DNA from: Syntrophales bacterium
GTDB taxonomy: Bacteria; Desulfobacterota; Syntrophia; Syntrophales; Fen-1087
Length of the DNA: 64,000 bases
Assembly (NCBI GenBank): GCA_034678725.1
Contig: JAXDBM010000078.1
Location: forward strand, 5,730 to 69,729
Reading direction: 5' to 3'
Part shown: positions 54,019 through 62,837 of the stretch, piece after piece
Numbering within the stretch: the stretch's first letter is position 1
Layout: every line of letters begins with the position of its first letter
Translations under genes and position numbers: made by a program
The notes under the pieces: model-generated
What the model saw: the letters and a program-made list of their open reading frames with translations, nothing else
Told to the model about the DNA's origin: nothing
Database searches by the model: none

Positions 54019-54468
54019 TCAGAATGTTTTCCTGCTGTCCAGAAGCAGGGTCACCGGACCGTCGTTGACCAGTTCAACCTTCATCATGGCCTGGAATTCG
54101 CCACGCTGTACGTCATCAATTCTTTCTGAAGCTTTTTGAATGAAATAAAGGTAATGCGCCCTGGCCGGCCCGGGATCTTCTGCACCCGTAAAGGAGGGCC
54201 TTCGCCCCTTGCGACAATCTCCCAGCAGCGTAAACTGGGATACGATCATCAGTCCGCCACCTGTATCCTGAAGGGAAAGATTCATCTTTCCCTCCCCGTC
54301 CTCGAAAATCCTCAAATTGATGAGCTTTTCAACCAGGTAATCGGCATCATCCCTCGCATCGCCTTTTTCAATGCCGAGAAAGACAAGAAGACCGGGTCCA
54401 ATGGCTGAAACCACCCGGCCATTGACAGAAACCACAGCCTTATCCACTCGTTGTACAACCAATCGCAT
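54019..54468 (-). CDS. dtd: D-aminoacyl-tRNA deacylase
   Basis: MRLVVQRV, LRIFED..GKMNLS, SQFTL, KGRRPSF, NDGPVT. Confidence 0.97.
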   Translation of the reverse strand: MRLVVQRVDKAVVSVNGRVVSAIGPGLLVFLGIEKGDARDDADYLVEKLINLRIFEDGEGKMNLSLQDTGGGLMIVSQFTLLGDCRKGRRPSFTGAEDPGPARAHYLYFIQKASERIDDVQRGEFQAMMKVELVNDGPVTLLLDSRKTF

Positions 54469-54562
54469 GAAGGTCTCTCTTCAACAATAATTCATGTTAG
54501 CAATAATGGGGGGACGCTTCAAGTTTTTTCTCGGTTTTTCTGATTGGATTCGAGAAGCGGTT

Positions 54563-55603
54563 TCAGCTATGGTCCGTGATCTCGGTAACGGCAAGGTTTT
54601 CAAGATCCGCAAACTGGCGGGATCCGGACGGATCGCCAGGCATGACATCCCTCACGCGTGCAAAAGAATTTTTGACAAAGGCTTCCCTGTCCTGCCTGAA
54701 ATGTCTGATTCCATAATGAATTTTCTCTCGATCCTTGCGGCTCATCTTCTGGATGACGCGTTTTGTCATCCAGATGGATCCGCTACGGCCATGTTTCGCC
54801 AGCCCGATTGCCTCCAGAATCGCTCCGCCGAAAGTGACTGGCGACGCGCCGGTTGGCGTTTGAATGAAACCCAGGTGCTCTTCTCCCTCACTGATCCCGA
54901 TATTCAGGCAAAGTTCATTGAACCAGCCCTTTCTCAGCTTCCATTCCATCGTTAATTTCATCATGGCTTCACGCAGTTCCATGGCACATTGAACTGCATT
55001 CATCAGGTATGGGTTATCGGTCGTTTTCAGAAAATAAAATAATGTGATTCCCTGCCACGGATGCCTTGCCCAGAGCCCGCGGTTGCTTTCCGCGGCCGCC
55101 GATGCTGAATCCCACAGCTGACGGACAAGATCGAAATACTCCTCGGGGTGCAGTTCCGCACGGACACGCTCCGCATCCTGCAAATCGGCCGCCAGTACAC
55201 AAAACGAACGAAAGTCCGGATTGAGCGCTCCATGATCGTCTCGAATCTTCAATTTTGCGCTTTTCCCGGCCCGCTCCGGCAGAAGATCTTCAAACAGTGA
55301 ACCCTGTATCTGGATGCTGTTTTTTCGTTTCAGCCCTTCAGGTCGCTGAGGTGCCGGCAAGGCTTTCTTCAGTCGATCCAGGATCATCTTCATCGCCAAG
55401 CCATCCGTTTTCAGCGTTTTGATCTGTTCAAGTGTCGACAGGGCCGACTTCGGAAAATACCCGATTCTTCTTGCCTTTATCAGCGGATCAGACGGTTTGC
55501 GTACATCCGGTTTCGGCAAAATATTCATTCTGATGTAGTTATTGAGAGTTGCCCTTGATATATTTGTTTTTTCAATTAATTCAACACTGGATATCCATTC
55601 CAT
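54563..55603 (-). CDS. N-terminal HTH (MerR/excisionase-like) fused to a degenerate class III nucleotide cyclase domain
   Basis: ELIEKTNISRATLNNYIRM HTH; FCVLAADL, AVQCAMEL, LCLNIGISEG cyclase-like strands; visibly more AT-rich than the flanking housekeeping genes. Confidence 0.65.
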   Translation of the reverse strand: MEWISSVELIEKTNISRATLNNYIRMNILPKPDVRKPSDPLIKARRIGYFPKSALSTLEQIKTLKTDGLAMKMILDRLKKALPAPQRPEGLKRKNSIQIQGSLFEDLLPERAGKSAKLKIRDDHGALNPDFRSFCVLAADLQDAERVRAELHPEEYFDLVRQLWDSASAAAESNRGLWARHPWQGITLFYFLKTTDNPYLMNAVQCAMELREAMMKLTMEWKLRKGWFNELCLNIGISEGEEHLGFIQTPTGASPVTFGGAILEAIGLAKHGRSGSIWMTKRVIQKMSRKDREKIHYGIRHFRQDREAFVKNSFARVRDVMPGDPSGSRQFADLENLAVTEITDHS

Positions 55604-55879
55604 TTTTTCGCCTTACAAAATATTTTCCATGATAATCTGTACTGTTTAATTGTATTTTTGATAAATTCATTATCCATACAATTAAATGTGAATGGTTTTA
55701 CCATATTCGATCCAATTGTCAAGATAGCCGGTTGTGCAAATAATAATCTGCATGAACGAGATGTTATTATATATAATAATATGATGGATTACAAGTAATT
55801 GAACAGTTTAACTTCAATTGTTACTTTATATATTCTGATCAAATTGGGATCCGATTCATTTGCCGGTCCGGCTTGATTC

Positions 55880-55888
55880 TGCTATAAT
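55880..55888 (+). promoter_or_regulatory. Extended -10 promoter directly in front of the radical SAM start (near-leaderless)
   Basis: TGcTATAAT ending 8 nt before ATG 55897; no SD sequence. Confidence 0.55.
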
Positions 55889-55896
55889 TTGAAATC

Positions 55897-57252
55897 ATGA
55901 AAAGAAGGATTCTCCTGGTCAATCCGTGGATCTATGATTTTGCCGCATACGATTTCTGGATCGCCCCGCTCGGCCTGCTTTATATCGCATCTTTTTTAAG
56001 AAACAACGGTTACCGTGTCCAGGTCGTTGATTGTCTCGCCTCCCCTCTTCCGGACTTTTGCCCATCCGGGAAAAAACCCAGAAGGTTTTCCTCCGGACAT
56101 GGAAAATTCTACAAGGAAATCATTGAAAAACCGGAAGCCCTGCGCGGCATGAAAAGAAAATACAACCGCTACGGCACACCACCGGCTGCATTTCGACAGA
56201 TATTGAAGGAGATCCCCCGCCCCGATCTGATCTGTGTCACATCGATGATGACCTACTGGTATCCCGGCGTTTTCGAGGCCATCCGCATCCTGAAAGAGGC
56301 TTTTCCGGGGTCGCCTTTGATTCTGGGCGGAGTTTATGCGACGCTCTGCCCGGAACATGCCTCCGGATCCGGAGCGGACGTTGTCGTGTCCGGCGAGGGA
56401 GAAACCCGACTGCCCGAAATCCTGAAAAAGATTCTGGACGATGATTGCGGATTTCTAACGGATCCCGACGATCTCGACTCCTATCCCTACCCTGCTTTTG
56501 ATCTTGCGGTGCGCCGTGAGCAGATCTCTCTTCTCACATCGAGGGGATGCCCTTTCCGATGCGGTTACTGCGCATCCCATCTGCTTCATGAGGGTTTCCG
56601 GAGAAGAAAACCCCATAAAGTGGCCGATGAAATCGAGTACTGGCACAAATCTTTCGGGGTCCGTCACTTCTCGTTCTACGATGACGCTCTCCTCGTCCGG
56701 CCCGACGAATTGGCAATACCGCTCTTTGAAGAAATCAGCACAAGGGGCCTGTCCTGCCATTTTCACTGTCCAAACGGGCTTCACCTGTGCGAGATAACGC
56801 CGGAACTGAGCCGTCTGATGCTCCGCGCCGGCGTGCGGACGCTACGCTTTGGTTTCGAGACGTCGGACGCCGTCAGACAGCGGGAGACCGGCGGAAAAGT
56901 CAACAACGAAAACCTGCGCCGTGCGGTTGCATACCTGACGGAAGCCGGTTACCGGCCGGTGGACATTGGGGTTTATCTCCTCTGCGGCATGCCCGGTCAA
57001 TCGGCAGTTGAAGTCCGGGAAAGCATCGCTTACGTATCGCAGTGCGGCGCGAGGCCCATTCTCGCCGAGTACTCCCCCATTCCGGGGACGGCGCTGTGGA
57101 GCGATGCCGTGCGGGAGTCAGCCGATCCGATCTCCCTGGAGCCCCTGTATCAGAACAACTCCCTGCTGCCCTGCCGGAACCGGAACCTGACTTACGAGAT
57201 GTACCGGCATTGCCAGGCGATGACGAGAATTGTGAAGGCGGGAATTGCTTGA
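55897..57252 (+). CDS. Cobalamin-binding radical SAM protein
   Basis: N-terminal B12-binding-like domain (LVNP, PLGLLYIAS, LGGVYAT), SRGCPFRCGYC, FYDD, GFET. Confidence 0.9.
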   Translation: MKRRILLVNPWIYDFAAYDFWIAPLGLLYIASFLRNNGYRVQVVDCLASPLPDFCPSGKKPRRFSSGHGKFYKEIIEKPEALRGMKRKYNRYGTPPAAFRQILKEIPRPDLICVTSMMTYWYPGVFEAIRILKEAFPGSPLILGGVYATLCPEHASGSGADVVVSGEGETRLPEILKKILDDDCGFLTDPDDLDSYPYPAFDLAVRREQISLLTSRGCPFRCGYCASHLLHEGFRRRKPHKVADEIEYWHKSFGVRHFSFYDDALLVRPDELAIPLFEEISTRGLSCHFHCPNGLHLCEITPELSRLMLRAGVRTLRFGFETSDAVRQRETGGKVNNENLRRAVAYLTEAGYRPVDIGVYLLCGMPGQSAVEVRESIAYVSQCGARPILAEYSPIPGTALWSDAVRESADPISLEPLYQNNSLLPCRNRNLTYEMYRHCQAMTRIVKAGIA

Positions 57253-57278
57253 CAGAATGCCCGTGAGAAGGCGATAAT
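57249..57278 (+). promoter_or_regulatory. sigma70-type promoter; predicted TSS coincides with ATG 57285
   Basis: TTGACA-N18-GATAAT; the -10 ends 6 nt before the ATG. Confidence 0.5.
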
Positions 57279-57284
57279 AGGAAC

Positions 57285-57506
57285 ATGAATTCCTGGTTCT
57301 GGTGGGTCAAAAATGCGGCATTGACCCTTGTCTCGCTCCTTTTTCTTGTTCTCGGCGTGGAGACGCTGATTGCCTCCTATCGGCTCAACAATCCCCTGAC
57401 ATTTATCATGGGTTTCTTCTCGGCCAGCCTGATCATTCTTGTAAGCGCTGTCGGCGTCCTTTATCCGGTCATTCAGGTGTTCAGCCTTTTCAAAGCAAGG
57501 AAATGA
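57285..57506 (+). CDS. Small 2-TM membrane protein (73 aa)
   Basis: Two hydrophobic segments; ATGA coupling to the M16 gene. Confidence 0.7.
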   Translation: MNSWFWWVKNAALTLVSLLFLVLGVETLIASYRLNNPLTFIMGFFSASLIILVSAVGVLYPVIQVFSLFKARK

Positions 57507-59050
57507 TGAACGCAGGCCGAAAAATTCTCAAACTCCTCGCTTTTTCCATCCTGACCCTGCTCCTTGTAGGGCCTCTGACCGCCGCGGATTATGATCTTGA
57601 AAAGAAGGTCCGCAAGTTCACGTTGAAAAACGGTTTGCGCGTCCTGCTCGTGGAGAGGCATGTCAGTCCGACCGTGTCCCTTTACATCCGTTACCGGGTC
57701 GGCGCCGCGGATGAAGCCGGCGGGAGGACCGGTACGGCCCATTTGCTGGAACACATGATGTTCAAGGGAACCGCCTCCATCGGCACCAAAAATTACGAAA
57801 GAGAAAGAAAAATCCTGCGGGACATCAAAAAAACCGGCTCCCGTCTGGACCTGGAAATCATGAAGGGGGACAGGGCGGACCGGAATCGGATTGAAAAACT
57901 GACCCGAAAACTCAAGTCACTCCAGGCAGAGCACCGGAAGTGGTGCATCCCGAACGAAATCGACCGCCTCTACACGGAAAACGGGGCCGAAGACATGAAT
58001 GCCTCGACGGGGCAGGACGTCACGACCTATCATGTCAGTCTGCCGGTCAACCGGATCGAGCTGTGGGCCAGAATCGAGTCGGACCGGATGACCCGGCCCG
58101 TCCTGCGGGAATTTTTCACGGAGCGGGATGTGATCATGGAGGAGAGGCGCCAGCGCATCGAATCCGACCCGGAAGGCAAGCTGGCGGAGCAGTTTTTTGC
58201 AGCCGCTTTTCAGGCACACCCCTACGGACGACCCATTCTGGGCTGGCCGGCCGACATGCGTTACCTAAACATGGACGAGACCGAGTCCTTCTTCAGGAAA
58301 ACCCACGCCCCGAACAACACGGTGATCGCCGTGGTCGGCGACATCGACCCGGGAGCAACGCTCAGGATCATCGACCGGTACTTCGGCGGCATCCCGGCAC
58401 AGGCTCTCGATCGCTCCCCGGTCACCGAGGAACCGCCGCAGACCGGCGAGCGCAGGGTCGAGGTGAATTTCGACGCGAAACCCCGATTGATGATCGGCTA
58501 TCACAAGCCCGCCCCGCCCGCCTTTGACGACTATGTCCTGGATGTGGCCGAGGCCGTCCTCTCGAAAGGGCGGACCTCCAGGCTGTACCGCAGTCTGGTG
58601 GAAAGGCAGCAACTTGCGGAAACCGTGGATGCGGCCAACGGAATGCCGGGGTCCCGGTTTCCCGGCCTTTTTGTCGTATCCGCGACGCCCCGTTCCCCGC
58701 ATGGCGCAGGCGATGTGGAAGGCGCCATTTACGCCCAACTCGATCAGCTCAAGGAGGAGCTGATTCCGGAGCGGGAACTGCAAAAGACGAAAAACCAGAT
58801 GAAGGCCGACTATATTCGCCACCTCAACTCGAACTCCGGACTCGCCGGCATGCTGTCCTACTACGAAATCATGATGGGCGACTTTCGCTACTTGACGAAT
58901 TACATTCAGGTCATTGAAAAAATCGGCCCGGCCGACATCATGACGGCTGCGCGCAAATACTTCCGAAAGGAAAACAGAACCGTCGCCACCCTGGTGTCCC
59001 GCAGTGGTGCCACGACAAAGCAGCACGGACCGCCTCCGGAGAAGCAATGA
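57503..59050 (+). CDS. M16 (pitrilysin/insulinase) family zinc peptidase, catalytic subunit, exported
   Basis: Signal peptide; TGTAHLLEHMMFKG (HxxEH), NAST, ERDVIMEE, HPY..PILG. Confidence 0.92.
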   Translation: MMNAGRKILKLLAFSILTLLLVGPLTAADYDLEKKVRKFTLKNGLRVLLVERHVSPTVSLYIRYRVGAADEAGGRTGTAHLLEHMMFKGTASIGTKNYERERKILRDIKKTGSRLDLEIMKGDRADRNRIEKLTRKLKSLQAEHRKWCIPNEIDRLYTENGAEDMNASTGQDVTTYHVSLPVNRIELWARIESDRMTRPVLREFFTERDVIMEERRQRIESDPEGKLAEQFFAAAFQAHPYGRPILGWPADMRYLNMDETESFFRKTHAPNNTVIAVVGDIDPGATLRIIDRYFGGIPAQALDRSPVTEEPPQTGERRVEVNFDAKPRLMIGYHKPAPPAFDDYVLDVAEAVLSKGRTSRLYRSLVERQQLAETVDAANGMPGSRFPGLFVVSATPRSPHGAGDVEGAIYAQLDQLKEELIPERELQKTKNQMKADYIRHLNSNSGLAGMLSYYEIMMGDFRYLTNYIQVIEKIGPADIMTAARKYFRKENRTVATLVSRSGATTKQHGPPPEKQ

Positions 59051-60489
59051 TCACAAGGACGAAGATTCTGATTCTTTTCGTATCATGCCTTCTGTGCGTC
59101 CCGCATCCGGCTGCCGCCGATGGCTCCCTATCTTCGCATGATTCCGCCGCGGCACCGCCTCCTGACCGGCTCGCCTTCAAGGCGCTTTCCTTCACCCCTC
59201 CCCAGGCGAAGCGCCTGGTCATGGACAACGGCATCGTCCTGTACTTCCTCGAAGATCATGAATTGCCGCTGGTCAACATTTCCGTCGTTTTCCGGACCGG
59301 CGCCGCTTACGACCCGGATGGTAAAGCCGGCCTTGCCGGGCTGACGGCGCGGACGATGCGGACCGGGGGCGCCGGGACGATGACGGGCGGCGAAATCGAC
59401 GATGCCCTCGCGTTTCACGGGATTTCCCTTCAGATTTCGATGGAAGCGGACATGGGCCTGGCACACCTCTCCGCCCTGAAAGAGGACTGGACGAAAGGAT
59501 TCGACATCCTTTCGCAGATCCTTGCGAACCCGGCCTTCGAAGAGGAAAAGCTGCAACTGGCCAAAGACCTGGCGATCGAAGACCTCCGCGGCATTGCCGA
59601 CGATCCCTCCCGCTACGCTTTTCGGGAATTCCGAAAGCTGCTTTACCGGGGGAACGCCAGGGGAAACCTGGCCACGCCGGCATCGATTCGCGCCATCCAA
59701 CGCTCCGACCTGGTCGCATTTCACCGGCGCTTCCTCTACCCGAAGAATGTCATGATCACGGTGACGGGGGACATTACGAGGGCCGAGGCTGTCGGCGTGA
59801 TCAACCGCTGCCTGGGCGCATGGCGGGTCGCAGGGCAAACAGAAAAAATTTCGAGGCCGGCCGGACGCGGGGACGGATCCGTTCATCACATCCAGAAAGA
59901 CATTCCGCAGTCGGTCATCATCTCAGGCCGTTTCGGCCCGTCCAAGAAAGACAGCGATTTTTACGCCTTCACCGTTCTGGATTTCATCCTGGGAAGCGGC
60001 GGATTTCGTTCGCGGCTCTTCCAGGAAATCCGGAGCAACCGGGGTTTGGCGTACAGCACGGGCAGCTTTTACCGACCGAGGGACGATTACGGAGCCTTCG
60101 GCGCCTATGCCCTGACCAAATCATCTTCGACCACGGAGGTCCTCGATCTGATGCGTGCGCTGCTGCTGGGAATGAAAGAGAAAGGGATCGATGAAAACGA
60201 ACTTTCCTGGGCGAAAAAATCCCTGACCAACAGCTTCATCTTTTCGTATCAATCCATCGATCAGATCGCCTTTTCCCAAATGATGCTCGAATATGACGGA
60301 CTGCCGGCGGATTTTCTGCAAACTTACACAGTGAAGATCAACAAAGTCGGACCGAAGGAGATCCGGTTCGCCGCTGGCTGTTACTACGACAGCCGGGATT
60401 TTGTAACACTCGTCCTGGGGAACGGAAAGGGCTTTGAAAAGCCCCTCCCCGAGCCCGTTACGGTGATCCGTATGGAGGGTGCAGAATGA
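59047..60489 (+). CDS. M16 family non-catalytic partner subunit, exported
   Basis: Signal peptide; M16 fold motifs without HxxEH; SRLFQEIRSNRGLAYS (R/Y pair). Confidence 0.88.
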   Translation: MITRTKILILFVSCLLCVPHPAAADGSLSSHDSAAAPPPDRLAFKALSFTPPQAKRLVMDNGIVLYFLEDHELPLVNISVVFRTGAAYDPDGKAGLAGLTARTMRTGGAGTMTGGEIDDALAFHGISLQISMEADMGLAHLSALKEDWTKGFDILSQILANPAFEEEKLQLAKDLAIEDLRGIADDPSRYAFREFRKLLYRGNARGNLATPASIRAIQRSDLVAFHRRFLYPKNVMITVTGDITRAEAVGVINRCLGAWRVAGQTEKISRPAGRGDGSVHHIQKDIPQSVIISGRFGPSKKDSDFYAFTVLDFILGSGGFRSRLFQEIRSNRGLAYSTGSFYRPRDDYGAFGAYALTKSSSTTEVLDLMRALLLGMKEKGIDENELSWAKKSLTNSFIFSYQSIDQIAFSQMMLEYDGLPADFLQTYTVKINKVGPKEIRFAAGCYYDSRDFVTLVLGNGKGFEKPLPEPVTVIRMEGAE

Positions 60490-61727
60490 TCGATCAGGCA
60501 ATCTTCTCGACCGTCCGGAGACGGATCGACAGCTATCGGGAAGCGATGATTCAAATGCAGATCGGCTTGACGGCCATACCGGCCCTCGCACCGGAAAACG
60601 GCGGCGACGGAGAGTATGAAAAAGCGCGCTATCTCCTTGCGAACCTCAGGGAGCTCGGATTCACGGACATTTGGGAAATCAACGCCCCGGACAGCAGGGT
60701 CTCCTCGAAAGTCCGTCCGAACATCATCGCCAGTGTGCCCGGGAGAAAAGACAACCGAACGGTTTGGATCCTGACGCATCTGGACATCGTGCCGCCGGGC
60801 GAAATGAAGTTCTGGGACAGCGATCCCTACCGGGGCTACGTGAAAAACGACCGGATATACGGGCGGGGCACGGAAGACAACCAGCAGGACCTCGTCGCCT
60901 CCCTTTTTGCCGCCAAGGCATTTCTGGATGAGGGCATCGTTCCGGAGAGCAACATCGGCCTCGCATTCGTATCTGATGAAGAAACCGCCAGCCGCTGGGG
61001 TCTCGACTACATCCTCCGGCATGAAAACAACCCCTTCAAAAATACCGACCTTCTGGTCGTCCCCGATTCGGGAAACGAGGAGGGGACGATGATCGAAATT
61101 GCGGAGAAGAGCATCTACTGGCTCCGCTTCAAAACCGTCGGAAAGCAATGCCATGCCAGCAAACCCGAACTCGGGAAGAATGCCTTCCTGGCCGCCTCCC
61201 ATCTTGTCGTTCGGCTGGACGAACTGCACGGGGCTTTCGGCGCCGTCGACGCCCTCTATCATCCACCGATGAGCACATTCCAGCCGACGAAAAAAGAAAT
61301 GAACGTTCCGAACGTCAACACCATTCCGGGGGAGGACGTCTTTTATCTGGACTGCCGGATCCTGCCGCAATACTCTCTCCAGGAGGTTCACGGGCGAATC
61401 CGGAGTATGGCCGACGACATTGAACGCCGGTTCGGCGTCCGGATTGAAATCAAGGCGGTTCAGGATGTGCAGGCACCCGCCCCTACCCCCGAAGATGCCC
61501 CGGTTGTTCCGGCGCTTCAGGAAGCGATCCGGGCGGTTTATCGGCTTCAAGCCAATCCTGAGGGAATCGGCGCGGGAACGGTTGCCGCCTATTTCCGCCG
61601 GGACGGCTATCCCGCAGCGGTCTGGTGCCGAATCGGACAGACGGCCCATCAGCCCAACGAGAACTGCCTGATCTCCAATATGATGGGGAATGCCAAGGTC
61701 TATGCGCATCTGTTCCTGCAAAAATGA
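60486..61727 (+). CDS. M20 family metallo-hydrolase (ArgE/DapE-like)
   Basis: THLDIVP, GRGTEDNQ, SDEE, PDSG, GKQCHAS, GAGTVA, AHQPNE. Confidence 0.9.
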   Translation: MIDQAIFSTVRRRIDSYREAMIQMQIGLTAIPALAPENGGDGEYEKARYLLANLRELGFTDIWEINAPDSRVSSKVRPNIIASVPGRKDNRTVWILTHLDIVPPGEMKFWDSDPYRGYVKNDRIYGRGTEDNQQDLVASLFAAKAFLDEGIVPESNIGLAFVSDEETASRWGLDYILRHENNPFKNTDLLVVPDSGNEEGTMIEIAEKSIYWLRFKTVGKQCHASKPELGKNAFLAASHLVVRLDELHGAFGAVDALYHPPMSTFQPTKKEMNVPNVNTIPGEDVFYLDCRILPQYSLQEVHGRIRSMADDIERRFGVRIEIKAVQDVQAPAPTPEDAPVVPALQEAIRAVYRLQANPEGIGAGTVAAYFRRDGYPAAVWCRIGQTAHQPNENCLISNMMGNAKVYAHLFLQK

Positions 61728-61829
61728 TTGCAATCCGAAAAAGCGCGTGATAGCTTTCCACGCCAGTGTGCTTCAGCGCGTCATCCCCGGCGGCCCGGCT
61801 TCCGGGAACCCTGCAACGGGATCAGTAAA

Positions 61830-62837
61830 GTGGTGAAGCTAAAGCCTGCGTTTCCCTCAGTCGAGAAAATTTCCTTCGAGAACACCGAGAATCTGATCGG
61901 CCTTTTCGGCGCGCAGGATCAGCATCTGAAGCTCCTGGAAAAACTGGAGCGCGTCAAGCTGGCGGTGCGGGGAAACATTCTCTCCATTTCCGGCGACATG
62001 CCTTCGGTTGCCCTGACGAAAAATCTGATTCTCCAGCTTCATTCCATCCTGCAGAAAGGCTATCCCCTGTTCGCGGCCGACATCGACTATGCACACCGGA
62101 TCCTCTCGGAAAACAAAGCGACGGACCTGGAAAAAATCTTTCTGGACACGGTTTTCATCTCCTCAAAGAAAAGGGTCATCACCCCGAAAAGCATTGCCCA
62201 GAAACAGTATATTGACTGTATCCGGCATCACGATATGGTTTTCGGCATCGGCCCGGCCGGCACGGGAAAGACCTACCTGGCCATGGCCATGGCCGTATCG
62301 GCGCTGCTCGAAAAGAAGGTCAACCGGATCGCCCTGGCAAGGCCCGCCGTGGAAGCCGGTGAAAAACTCGGATTCCTCCCGGGCGATCTCGCGGAAAAGG
62401 TCAATCCCTATCTGCGGCCGCTCTATGATGCCCTGTTCGACATGATCGACTTCGATCGTGCTTCCGCCCTGATCCACAAGGGGGTGATCGAAGTTGCGCC
62501 GCTCGCTTTCATGAGGGGCCGCACGCTGAACGATTCGTTTGTCATTCTTGATGAAGCGCAAAACACCACATCCGAGCAGATGAAGATGTTCCTGACGAGA
62601 CTCGGATATGGCTCGAAGGCGGTCATTACCGGGGATGTGACCCAGATCGATCTCCCGGCAGACAAGACGCCGGGGCTAATCGAGGCCGAAAGGATCCTGC
62701 GGAATATCGACGGAATCCGTTTCATTCACTTCTCGGACCTGGATGTCGTCAGACATCCCCTGGTCCAGAACGTGATCCGGGCATATAACCATCTGGACCG
62801 GGAAAAAGCGGCAGAGAGGACCCGTTCGTCAAAATGA
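61830..62837 (+). CDS. phoH: PhoH family ATPase
   Basis: FGIGPAGTGKTYLA, RPAVEAGEKLGFLPGD, APLAFMRGRTL, DEAQN, GDVTQIDL, VVRHPLV. Start uncertain (GTG 61830). Confidence 0.95.
   Translation: MVKLKPAFPSVEKISFENTENLIGLFGAQDQHLKLLEKLERVKLAVRGNILSISGDMPSVALTKNLILQLHSILQKGYPLFAADIDYAHRILSENKATDLEKIFLDTVFISSKKRVITPKSIAQKQYIDCIRHHDMVFGIGPAGTGKTYLAMAMAVSALLEKKVNRIALARPAVEAGEKLGFLPGDLAEKVNPYLRPLYDALFDMIDFDRASALIHKGVIEVAPLAFMRGRTLNDSFVILDEAQNTTSEQMKMFLTRLGYGSKAVITGDVTQIDLPADKTPGLIEAERILRNIDGIRFIHFSDLDVVRHPLVQNVIRAYNHLDREKAAERTRSSK

Noticed and set aside
55897-61727. Possible RiPP cluster (B12 radical SAM + M16 pair + M20 peptidase)
   Set aside because: No precursor peptide or RRE is evident, the M16 subunits carry signal peptides, and a separate promoter lies between the radical SAM and peptidase genes.
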